From contig CM059432.1 of assembly GCA_030390025.1 (NCBI GenBank), forward strand, positions 20,524,001-20,588,000: a stretch of 64,000 bases of DNA. The letters are read 5' to 3'. Position numbers and translations under genes: made by a program. Each line of letters begins with the position of its first letter. The first letter of the stretch is position 1. This document shows, piece by piece, positions 49,020-60,379 of the stretch. Below the pieces are notes generated by a model, which was given only the letters and a program-made list of their open reading frames with translations, had not been told where the DNA came from and made no database searches. This stretch comes from Squalus acanthias. Lineage: Eukaryota.

Positions 49020-49288
49020 CCTCATTGTCTTAGTTGTATCTTGCTATGTCTTTGATGTAATGCCTTCCTGACTGACCTGATTGTTTCTCTGCCGAGGTGT
49101 GATAAAAGGCAGTCAGAAAGATTAACTGTAGTCGTCTGACATTGTACTCTGCACAGGCATTGTTCTCTGTCTATATATGCTTTGCCGATTCATATTCCTT
49201 CACTTCACCTGACGAAGGAGCAGCAGCTCCGAAAGCTTGTGATTTCAAATAAAGCTGTTGGACTATAACCTGGTGTTGTGCGACTTCT
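49020..49288 (+). mobile_element. Penelope pLTR-only insertion
   Basis: Same 3' end as 36290-36377; 13-bp TSD CACATTATAGGAG (49007-49019 / 49289-49301). Confidence 0.88.
49205..49242 (+). ncRNA. Minimal type I hammerhead ribozyme, core intact
   Basis: Stem I TCAC/GTGA, CTGACGA, stem II GGAGC/GCTCC, GAAA, AAGCTT palindrome. Confidence 0.85.
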
Positions 49289-49996
49289 CACATTATAGGA
49301 GGTGCTATTCTGGGACTGAGAGAAGGCACGTTATTGGAGAAAATAAGCTTGACTCTGCACTTGGCTCCATGCTATGTCTGGCCTGGGAATGTGTGATGTA
49401 GACATTAGATGTGAAAAGTAGAAAAAGTGTTTCATTCTCGCACAGTGACATTCCTGATCTTCATTAATACAAAATTCCAGAGTGTCTATTGACATCACTG
49501 TGCCAGCCAATGAGTTGGAGGTGGGGCGGGACTTACAGCAAACAGTCTATTTAACAGTAAAGAAAGGCCTAGAAATTTGCTCGGCCCCCGAAAATGGGCC
49601 CAGGGATCACGATGCGCGATCAACCCGCGTCCGTTCAGAGGAATGCAGGCAGCATGCAAACTTTGTGCTGCCTGGTCATTTCCATGATTGCAGCGTTCAG
49701 CCCAGCGCTTAACACGCTGCTGAGTGGCTGAACGCTCAGCCGGGGGCCTAAGTTTGTGTGAGGTGAGCACCAATTAAAGCTAGCCTGTACTAATTAAAGG
49801 CAGTCTGCAACTCTTAAAGGGGAGGTGCAATCTGCTTGCAGCAGCTCATTCAACTGGCTGGGTGCGCAGGAAGATCAACTAATGATGGCATAACAGGGGA
49901 AAGAGCATGCACCAAGGGGGTGGGGGTGGGGGTGGGCGGGAGTTGGTAGGAAGCCCTCCAGGCAAAATCGCAAACGGCAATGTGAGCAGATATTAA

Positions 49997-52900
49997 GGGA
50001 AAGGTAGCATAGTGGTTATGTTACTGGACTAGTAATCCAGAGGCCTGGACTAATGATCCAGAGACGTGAGTTCAAATCCCACCACGGCAGCTGGGGAATT
50101 TAAATTCAGTTAAATCTGGAACAAAAAGCTAGTATCAGTAATGGTGACCATGAAACTATCGGATTGTCGTAAAAATCCATCTGAATCACTAATGTCCTTT
50201 AGCGAAGGAAATCTGCTGTCCTTATCTGGTCTGGCCTATATATGACTCCAGATCCACAGCAATGTGGTTGACTCTCAGTACACAACCACTACGAAAAACA
50301 ATAATAAGAATAAAACTGGAGGGACTGGAGAGACCACCTGGCATCGGCTTCGGACACGACAACGGCACATCCAGACCAGTCGACCCTGCAAAGTCCTCCT
50401 CATTAACATCTGGGGACTTGTGCCAAAATTGGGAGAGCTGTCCCACAGACTAGTCAAGCAACAGCCTGACATATTCATACTCATAGAATCATACCTTTCA
50501 GCCAATGTCCCAAACTCCTCCATCACCATCCCTGGGTAAGTCCTGTCCCACCGGAACGACAGACCCACCAGAAGTGGCGGCACAGTGGTATAGAGTCGGG
50601 AGGGAGTGGCCCTGGGAGATCTCAACATTGACTCCGGACCCCATGAAGTTTCATGGCTTCAGGTCAAGCATGGGCAAGGACACCTCCTGCTGATTACCAC
50701 CTACCGCCCTCCCTCAGTTGATGAATCAGTACTCCTCCAGGTTGAACACCACTTGGAAGAAGCACTGAAAGTAGCAAGGGCACAGAATGTACTCTGGGTG
50801 GGGGACTTCAATGTCCATCACCAAGAGTGGCTGGGCAGCACCACTACTGACCGAGCTGGCCGAGTCCTGAAGGACATAGCTGCCAGACTAGGACTATGGC
50901 AGGTGGTGAGAGAACCAACACGAGGGAAAAACCTACTTCACCTCGTCCTGTCGCAAATGCATATGTCCATGACAGCATTGGTAGCAGTGACCACCGCACA
51001 GTCCTTGTGGAGACGAAATCCCATCCTCACACTGAGGACACCATCATTCGTGTTGTTTGGCACTACCACTGTGCTAAATGGGATAGATTCAGTACAGATC
51101 TAGCAGCTCAAAACTGGGCAATCATGAGGCGCTATGGGCCATCAGCAGCAGCAGAATTGTATTCCACCACAATCTGTAACCTCATGGCCCGGCATATCCT
51201 TCACACTATCATTACCATCAAGTCAATGGGCCAACCCTGGTTCAGTGAGGAGTGCAGAAGAGCATGCCAGGTGCAGCACCAGGCGTACCTAAAAATGAGG
51301 TGCCAACCTGGGGAAGCTGCAACACAGGACTGCATGCATGCTAAACAGTGGAAGCAGCATGCTATAGACAGAGCTAAGTGATCCCACAATCAACGGATCA
51401 GATCAAAGCTCTGCAGTCCTGCCACATCCAGTCATGAATGGTGGTGGACAATTAAACAACTAATGGGAGCAGGCGGCTCCATGAATATCCCCATCCTCAA
51501 TGGAGCCCAGCACGTGAGTGCAAAAGACAAGGCTGAAGCATTTGCAACAATCTTCAGCCAGAAGTGCCAAGTAGATAATCCATCATGGCCTCCTCCTGAG
51601 GTCCCCACCACTACAAAACCAGTCTTCAGCCAATTTGATTCACTCCATGTGATACCAAGAAGTGGCTGAGCGCACTGGATACAGCAAAGGCGATAGGTCC
51701 TGACAACATCCTGGCTGTCGTGCTGAAGACTTGTGCTCCAGAACTAGCCGCGCCTCTAACCAAGCTGTTCCGGTACAGCTACAACACTGGTATCTACCCA
51801 ACAATGTGGAAAACTGCCGAGGTATGTCCTGTCCACAAAAAGCAGGACAAATCAATCCAACCAATTACCGCCCCATCAGTCTACTCTCAATCATCAGCAA
51901 AGTGATGGAAGGTGTCGTCGACAGTGCTATCAAGCGGCACTTACTCACCAATAACCTGCTCACTGATGCTCAGTTTGGGTTTCGACAGGAACACTCGGCT
52001 CCAGACCTCATTACAGCCTTGGTCCAAACATGGACCAAAGAGCTGAATTCCAGAGGTGAGGTGAGAGTGACTGCTCTTGACATCAAGGCAGCATTTGACT
52101 GAGTTTGGCATCAAGGAGCCCTAGTAAAATTGAAGTCATTGGGAATCGGGGGGAAAACTCTCCACTGGCTGGAGTCATACCTAGCACAAAGGAAGACGGT
52201 TGTAGTTGTTGGAGGCCAATCACCTCAACCCCAGGACATCACTGCAAGAGTTCCTCAGGGCAGTGTCTTAGGTCCAACCATCTTCAGCTGCTTCATCAAT
52301 GACCTTCCCTCCATCACACTGTTCAGTTCCATTCGCAACTCCTCAGATAATGAAGTAGTCCATGCCCGAAAGCAGCAAGACCTGGATGACGTTCAGGCTT
52401 GGGCTGATATGGGGCAAGTAACATTCACGCCACGCAAGTGCCAGGCAATGACTATCTCCAACAAGCGAGATTCTAACCACCGCCCCTTGACATTCAACGG
52501 TATTGCCATCGCCGAATCCCCCACCATCAACATCCTGGGGTCACCATTGACCAGAAACTTAACTGGACCAGCCACATAAATACTGTGGCTACAAGAGCAG
52601 GTCAGAGGCTGGGTATTCTGTGACAAGTGTCTCACCTTCTGACTCCCCAAAGACTTTCCACCATCTACAAGGCACAAGTCAGGAGTGTGATGGAATACTC
52701 TCCACTTGCCTGGATGAGTGCAGCTCTAACCACACTCAAGAAGCTTGACACCATCCAGGACAAAGCAGCCCAGTTGATTGGCACCCCATCCACCACCTTA
52801 AACATTCACTCTCTGCACCACCGGCGTACCGTGGCTACAATGTGTACCATCTACAAGATGCACTGCAGCAACTCACCAAGGATTCTTCGGCAGCACCCCC

Positions 52901-53200
52901 AAAGCTGCGACCTCTACCACCTAGAAGGACAAGGGCAGCAGGTGTATGGGAAGACCATCACCTGCATGTTCCCCATCAAATTACACACCATCCTGACTTG
53001 GAAGTATATTGCCATTCCCTCATCGTCACTGGGTCAAAATCCTGGAAATCCCTGCCTAACAGCACTGTGGGAGAGCCTTCACCACACGGACTGCAGCAGT
53101 TCAAGAGGCAGCTCACCACCACCTTCTCAAGGGCAATTTGGGATGGGCAATAAATGCTGGCCTTGCCAGCGATGCCATCATTCCTGGAACGAATAAAAAA
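49997..53200 (+). mobile_element. Single-ORF EN+RT LINE (CR1/L2 group) with a tRNA-derived 5' head; coding region decayed
   Basis: KVLLINIWGL, ILIESYL, YRPP, VGDFNVH, SDH, NYRPISLLS, QFGFR, LDIKAAFD, PQGSVLGP; tail GGGCAATAAATGCTGGCCTTGCCAGCGATGCC-polyA; AGATA on both flanks. Confidence 0.9.
50004..50080 (+). promoter_or_regulatory. Type 2 (tRNA-like) RNA polymerase III internal promoter
   Basis: A box TAGCATAGTGG (50005-50015) and B box GTTCAAATCC (50070-50079). Confidence 0.75.
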
Positions 53201-53478
53201 AGATAGCCATAGCTGTCAATGTCAGTATTGTAGTCCCAAGGTTATGGCTGCAATGCAGGAAGAAGTTTAATGACCTCATGTGAGTAGTCAAGGTCAGTGA
53301 CTTCATCTTCAAATGCCATATCCCACCATCTGCACCACTGGTCTCACACACTGTTCAATTCACAGCACCCCCATCACTCAAATACCAACAATCTCTCCAA
53401 AACACGACTTGTACCTCACTTTGATAGCTTCACTTCACCCTCACACACTGCTGCAAGCCTCGCACCCACATCTCACAT

Positions 53479-55020
53479 AAACATAGAAGATAGGAGCAGG
53501 AGTAGGCCTTCGGCCCCTCGAGCCTGTTCTGCCATTTAATGAGATCATGGCTGATCATCCAAATTCAGTACCCTGTCCCTGCTTTCTCCCCATATCCCTT
53601 GATCCCTTTAGCCTTAAGAAATATATCTATCTCCTTCTTGAATATATTTAATGAATTGGCCTCAACTGCCTTGTGTGGTAGAGAATTCCACAGGTTCAGC
53701 ACTCTCTGGGTGAATAAATTCCTCCTCATCTCAGTCCTAAATGGCTTACCCCTTATCCTTAGACTGTGACCCCTGGTTCTGGACTCCCCCGCCATCGGGA
53801 ACATCCTTCCTGCATCTAGTCTGTCTAGTCCTGTTAGAATTTTATAAGTTTCAATGAGATGCCCTCTCATTCTTCTAAACTCTAGCGTATATAAGCCTGA
53901 TCGACCCAATCTCTCCTCATACGTCATTCCTGCCATCCCAGGTATCAGTCTGGTGAATCTTCGCTGCACTCCCTCCATGGCAAGAACATCCTTCCTCAGA
54001 TAAGGCGACCAAAACTGCACACAATACTCAAGGTGTGGTCTCACCAAGGCCCTGTACAACTGCAGCAAGACATCCTTGCTCCTGTACTCGAATCCTCTCG
54101 CTATGAAGGCCGACATACCATTTGCCTTCTTAATCGCCTGCTGCACCTGCATGCTTACCTTCAGCGACTGGTGCACAAGGACACTCAGGTCTCGTTGCAC
54201 TTCCCCTTTTCCCAATCTATTGCTGTTCAGATAATAATCTGTCTTCCTGTTTTTTTGCCACCGAAGTGGATAACCTCGCATTTATCCACATTATACTGCA
54301 TCTGCCATGCATCTGCCCAATCACCCAACCTGTCCAAATCATACTGGAGTTTCTCTGCATCCTCCTCACAGCACACACACCCACCCAGCTTTGTGTCGTC
54401 TGCAAACTTGGAGATATTACATCTAGTTCCCTCGTCTAGATCATTTATATATATTGTGAATAGCTGGGGTCCTAGGACCGATCCCTGCGGTACCCCACTA
54501 GTCACTGCCTGCCACTCGGAAAAAGACCCGTTTATTCCAACTCTTTGCTTCCTGTCTGCCAACCAGTTCTCTATCCAAGACAGAACCTTACCCCCAACCC
54601 CATGTGCTTTAACTTTGCACGCTAATCTCTTATGCGGGACCTTATCGAAAGCCTTCTGAAAGTCCAAATACACCACATCCACTGGTTCTCCCTTATCTAT
54701 TCTACCAGTTACATCCTCAAAAAATTCCAGTAGATTTGTCAAGCATGATTTACCTTTTGTAGATCCATGTTGACTTTGTCCGATCCTGTCACTGTTTTCC
54801 AAGTGCTCTGCTATTACATCTTTTATAATGGACTCTAGCATTTTCCCCACTACCGATGTCAGGCTTACTGGTCTATAATTCCCTGTTTTCTCTCTACTAC
54901 CTTTTTTAAATAGTGGGGTTACATTAGCTATCCTCCAATCCATGGGAACTGTTCCAGAGTCTATAGAATTTTGGAAGATGACCAGCAATGCATCTACTAT
55001 TTCTAGGGCCACTTCCTTAA
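53479..55020 (-). mobile_element. CR1 LINE, 5'-truncated, inside the Harbinger Myb intron
   Basis: [44 protein letters not shown]. Confidence 0.95.
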
Positions 55021-55919
55021 GCTTGCACACACTATCAGCTATTCAACCATGACAGGCACATCATCCAAACTCATTGCACCACACTCACTGACACACTTTC
55101 CTTTCTCTTTTAGAACAAGGTGGCTCACAATTGGAACCAGCAGGGGCTACCCGAAGGGGCACAGGCACGCCTGCATAATCTTATCCCATGGAGGAGATGG
55201 TGCTGGCCATTCCTGGGAGGGCAATCGCTGAGCCCGTGGCCAGTGGTGGGGCTGAAGCAATCCAAGATGACGGTATCCTCATATGTATATATTCTCACAT
55301 CCCACTTCCCCCTCATCCCACAATCTCTTCTGATACAAGCTGCACATGGTGTAAACATGCACCTCTTGCTTTACTCCCTTCCCTCACCACAACCTTACCC
55401 GCGTGCCTTTCTCCTTTCAGATAGACAAGAACTTTAGCCTGGCCATGTACTCGTGGAAGAGCAGGAAGACAGTGAGCATGAAGACACAGCATCACTCGAT
55501 TTCACACTTGCAGCCACCTGTTCAGATATGACGCTCTACGTGCTTTAGAGGATTGGTTAGACACGGGATCTGCACGTGGTGAGTCACCGAGCATGAATGG
55601 GCTACAGCCAGGGCAGGGAAAAGCGTAGCGTAGGTGCCAGCTCCAAGTTCTGCTGCAGAGGACTCAGATGAGGACTTTAATGGGCTGGCCTACAGTTGAA
55701 GGCTGATGGGTAAGCACAACGAAATGCTTGGTGCATTGGCAGGCCTGCCAGAAAGCCTGAGTGCAATGTGAAGGAGCATGGAGGTGCCCAGGCACCAACA
55801 TTGCACAGGGCTTTGCGCAGAGCTGGGAGCCCATGATTTCAGCATGGAAGTGATGGCCAACTCCATCAGTGCACTTGTAGACCCAACCATGATGCAGAGC
55901 CATGATGCAATTGTCAATT

Positions 55920-55993
55920 GGCTCCGTGGCTTAGTTGGTTAAAGCGCCTGTCTAGTAAAGAGGAGGTCCTAGATTCAACTCCCAGTAGGGCCT
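55920..55993 (+). pseudogene. tRNA-Thr(AGT) retrocopy fused to a CR1 3' end
   Basis: GGCTCCGTGGCTTAGTTGGTTAAAGCGCCTGTCTAGTAAAGAGGAGGTCCTAGATTCAACTCCCAGTAGGGCCT is close to vertebrate tRNA-Thr(AGT), with anticodon-stem and T-arm mismatches. Confidence 0.88.
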
Positions 55994-55998
55994 GTCTT

Positions 55999-56481
55999 TC
56001 GTTCACCAGACTGATTCCTGGGATGGGGAGATTGTCCTACGAGGAAAGATTGAGGAGACTAGGCCTATGTTCCCTAGAATTTAGAAGAATGAGAGGTGAT
56101 CTCATTGAAACATATATAAAATTCTTACAGGGCTTGACAGCATAGATGCAGGGAGAATGTTTCTCCTGGTAGGGGAGACTATAACTAGGGTTACAGACTC
56201 GGAATAAGGGGCCAGCATTTAGGACTGAGCTGAGGAGAAATCTATTCACTCAAAGGTTGCGATTCTTTGGAATTCTCTACTCCAGAGGCTGTGAATGCTC
56301 AGTCATTGAGTATATTCAAGACAGAGATCGATAGATTTTTGGATATTAAGGGAATCAAGGGATATGGGGATAGTGCGGGAAGGTGGATTTGAGGTAGAAG
56401 ATTAGCCATGATATTGAATGGTGAAGCAGGCTCGAATTGTTGAATGGCCTACTCCTGCTCCTATTCTTATGTTCTTATGTT
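55999..56481 (+). mobile_element. CR1 3' end (body of the tRNA-CR1 chimera)
   Basis: FTRLIPGMGRLSYEERLRRLGL...; (TTATGTTC)n tail. Confidence 0.9.
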
Positions 56482-57272
56482 CAGAGTCTGATGGCTGATG
56501 TCTCAGCTTCCATTGTAACACAAGCAGAAGCCACCGAACGGAGTGTAGCAATGGAAGCTCAGAATTCTGTCATACAAGCTCAGACTGCTGCCATCGTGGC
56601 TCCGTTTACCAGTGTGGAAAGGGGCTGGCAGGGTGTCACAGCAGTCTAGCAATCTGTCCTCCAGCAGAAGGCTAGGAATGCTGAGGCGCCGGCCCGTGGG
56701 TGTGGCAGTGGCCCGTGGAGCACCAACTTGTGGTCCTCTCTCAGGATGACAACATTCGTCCTGTCACCACTGCCACTCTGCCAGTGCCCTTGCTGTTGCC
56801 TGTGAGCCAGCCAGCCAAGACTGTTGCTGCCCATGCTGAGGTGGTGCAGTCTGAAGTCAGGCCTTCTAGGCTCAGAGCTGCTCGAAGTCATCCTGCAAGA
56901 CCATCTTCATTCTCCCCTTTGAAAGTCAGCAGCCTTCCACCAGCCGTGCTGCAACAATTGGGGTATTACTTTGTAGGAGCACGAGGACAGGCAAAGGCAC
57001 ACGCAAGACCAGCACTAAGGGAATACACAAGGGGGATTTGTTGACTTTGTCATGTAATATTGGATGGATTGATGTATAATGTTGGATTGGAATGTTTCTT
57101 TTGTGGTGGCTTTTATTTCAGCACTGTGGCCAAGAGGATGCTGTGATGGTCAGTAACAGAGGGAAGGTAAGGTGTGGGACTGTTGTTGAATGGGGAATTG
57201 GGGTTGCGTTCACTGGTACCACAGCCAGATGAGTCGATCGCGAACAGTCCAGGCAGAAAGGGGCTGCCTCCT

Positions 57273-57583
57273 CCCAGAGGGCACAGATTTAAGGTGATTG
57301 GCAAAAGAACCATGAGGAAAGAACCAAAAGACACGAGGAAATATTTTTTTACACAGCGAGTTGTGATCTGGAATGCACTGCCTGAATGGGTGGTGGACGC
57401 AGATGCAATAGTAACATTCAAAAGAGAATTGGATCAATACTTGAAGGGAAAAAATTTACCGGGCTTTTGGGAAAGAGCAGGTGAGTGGGATTAATTGGAT
57501 AGCTCTACCAAAGAGCCAGCGGCAGACACGATCGGCCGAATGGCCTCCCTTCTGTGCTGTATCATTCTATAATTTTATGATCT
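57273..57583 (+). mobile_element. CR1 3' end
   Basis: RGHRFKVIGKR...FFTQRVVIWNALPEWVV. Confidence 0.88.
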
Positions 57584-58136
57584 ATGGTGTGACAATGTAT
57601 ATTATCACCTTTTAGCTGTTTTAACACATACTTCATTGAGATAGGCAGCACAATCACACTGTTACATTTCCTACCAAAGTTAGAAGTGTCACGTTCTCTA
57701 ACAGAACACTGGCAGCATGTTCATTCTTTGACTGCTGTCATCAAGACCCAATTGTTATTGGAAACAGCAAGGGATGTTACATTGTGTTTGATAAAATACA
57801 CACAGATAACCAAGCACCTACAACAATAGCACTGAGCTATTCAAGATGGATAGGTACATAATCCATATGATTTTCAGTGTTCTGCTGTTAAATAAGGTTT
57901 TAGAATGTTTAAAAAATGTAAGAGTGCCTGATAGCATGTTCTAAAATAGAAGGCAGCAGGACCTTTCAACGTATTATTTCTTTCTGAAGTACCCGTAAAC
58001 CTAATGAGCTCCTGGGAAAGAGACCATGAGAAAATGTAGTTTTGTTGTAAAGGTTTAAGACTGAACAGTGAAATCAAAGTGTGACAGCATTGAAGATTAG
58101 AGCCAAAATATGTATTCATAATGTGGTACACATGAT

Positions 58137-58703
58137 GACGAACCTTTATAAAATACTGGTCCGATCTCAACTGGTGTATTGTGTCCAATTCTGGGCACCG
58201 CACTTTAGGAAGGATTTGAAGGCTTAGAGAGGGTGCAGAAAAGATTTACAAAAATGATTTCAGGGATGAGGGCTGGAGAAGCTGGGGTTGTTCTCCTTAA
58301 AGCAGAGAAGGTTGAGAGGAGATTTGATAGAGGTGTTCAACATCATGAGGGGTCTAGACAGAGTAGATAGAGAGAAACTGTTCCCTTTGGCAGAAGGGTC
58401 GAGAACCAGAGGACACAGATTTAAGGTGATTGGCAGAAGAACCAAAGGCGACATGAGGAAAAACTTTTTTACGCAGCGAGTGGTTATGATCTGGAATGCA
58501 CCGCCTGAAAGGGTGGTGGAGGCAGACTCGATCGTGGCTTTCAAAAGGGAGTTGGATAAGTACCTGAAGGAAAAACATTTGCAGGGCTACGGGGAAAGGG
58601 CGGGGGAGTGGGACTAGCTGAAGTGCTCTTGCAGAAAGCCAGCATGGGCTCGACGGGCTGAATGGCCTCCTTCTGTGCTGTAACCATTCCATGATTCTAT
58701 GAT
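58137..58703 (+). mobile_element. CR1 3' end
   Basis: FSLKQRRLRGDLIEVF...GERAGEWD; (TTCTATGA) tail. Confidence 0.9.
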
Positions 58704-58765
58704 AATTCAGGTTCTCCACATCTTGAGTTCCTAATCCCAGCTGGTTTACTGTGCTCCCAGTGTGA

Positions 58766-59338
58766 GGGAGGGAGCGGTAGCTTAGTGGTTATGTTACTGG
58801 ACTAGTGATTCAGAGGCCTGGATTAATGATCTGATTTAATGATCTGGAGATGTGAGGGCAAATCCCACCAGGATAGCTGGGGAATTTAAATTCAGTTAAT
58901 TAATTAATTAAATAAATCTGGAATAAAAAAGCTAGTATTAGTAATGGTGACCATGTAACTACCAGGTTGTTGGATAAAACCCATCTGGTTCACTAATTTC
59001 TTTTAGGGAAGGGAATCTGCCATTCTCACCTGGTCTGGCCTATATCCGACTCCAGACCCACCAGTAATGTTGACTTCACTTCACCAGACGAAGGAGCAGC
59101 GCTCCGAAAGCTTGTGATTTCAAATAAAGCTGTTGGACTATAACCTGGTGTTGTGCGACTTCTCACATTTGTCCACCAGTAATGTGGTTGACTCTTAACT
59201 GCCCTCTGAAATGGCTTACCAAACCGCTACAACAAAGTCACTGTGGGAGTACCTTCACCACACAGACTGCACCACCACCTTCTCAAGGGCAATAAATGTT
59301 GCCAGCGATGTCCACTTCCCATGAATGGAAAAAAAAAA
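58766..59338 (+). mobile_element. tRNA SINE consisting of the 5' and 3' ends of the 49997-53200 LINE
   Basis: 58770-59235 aligns with 50000-50295; 59240-59338 aligns with 53063-53200. Confidence 0.9.
59071..59172 (+). mobile_element. 102-bp Penelope pLTR insertion with a mutated hammerhead (CAGACGA)
   Basis: 13-bp TSD CCACCAGTAATGT (59058-59070 / 59173-59185); near-identical to 49198-49294. Confidence 0.9.
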
Positions 59339-59339
59339 G

Positions 59340-59790
59340 AAACCTGAAGGGAGAGCTACCCTGGGTTTATCTCCATGGGTCACGAGATACTCTCCTCCTG
59401 CTAGAATTCTCAGAGATGTTAAAAAAGCTGCGCTGACCGCAGAGAAATGATTTTGACATTTCCTCACTGAGATCATTGTCTTCAGAGATGACAGGATCCC
59501 AAGCATTTAAATTCAGGGAGGTTCTCCTGCCAGCTCACTTGCCACAAATATTGACGTGTAGATCTGTTTTCAGCATTAGCTGTTGGTGGTGTTCATTGCA
59601 AATTAGCATGGACCTTTGAATGTTAATTTGAAGGCCGACCCACTGTGCTTCATACTCCAAATGCTCAATGACTTTTTGTAGGTCTCCTGTGGAATCACTA
59701 TTAAGAAGCCCATCATCTGTGCACAGCAGTTTGTCCACCAGTTGTTATTGGATGAGTTCTTCCTTTAGAAAGCGTGTTGGTTATAGAGGA
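59340..59790 (-). mobile_element. Decayed RTE-like RT fragment
   Basis: LLCTDDGLLNSDSTGDLQKVIEHLEYEAQWVGLQINIQRS resembles the YADD...GL.IN..KT block. Confidence 0.6.
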
Positions 59791-60379
59791 TATTGAATAA
59801 TTGTAGAATACTAATTTTTAATCCCATAAGTGCGAAGGATGGCAGAATTCAGGACTGATGGTACATTATAAATTGGGCTAAAATGGTACCACAGTTGCTT
59901 ATTAACCAATCTACTTTTATCAATTAAACAAAATCAAGATAGCTGCACACATTTATTCCTGGTTAAACATAATTTGATTTAATTTTAGGGGTGACCATTT
60001 AAAATATTTAGACTATATTAATTTTCCTAACTTGTCACGCAAGGCTGTTTATTCCTCTCTGAAATTCGTTTGGGTACCATATGAATGCGGATCTAAGCTT
60101 ACTACAAAGTTGATGACTACATTTAGATCCGTGGCTGAGAAACACTGCAAATACTTTAACAAAATTTGTATTTTATGAAATGGCTCTGGATGTCAGATTG
60201 AAATTAGAAAGCACATCCAGCCCTAAAGGACTTTCAGTAGGGAGGTCAATCTCTTCTGCAGAGGGACAAAGGCTCTTTCAGTGATGATTGAGGTGATCTT
60301 CCATGGCTACTTATAGAATGGTTTTAATCCAATGGGTTTAGGCCATTTGAAGTCAAAAACAGCACAACACCCTCGACAG

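Larger units (their letters stand above)
49566..57272. mobile_element. Second Harbinger transposon, fragmented by retrotransposon insertions
   Basis: Left terminus GGCCTAGAAATT; Myb exon 1 RKPSRQNRKRQCEQI|AIAVN...WLQCRKKFNDL split at 49997/53201; exon 2 NKVAHN at ~55113; transposase C-terminus AWTVRDRLI on minus at ~57210-57270. Confidence 0.8.

Noticed and set aside
55920..55993. Functional tRNA-Thr gene
   Set aside because: Anticodon-stem and T-arm mismatches, and direct fusion to a CR1 inside a transposon
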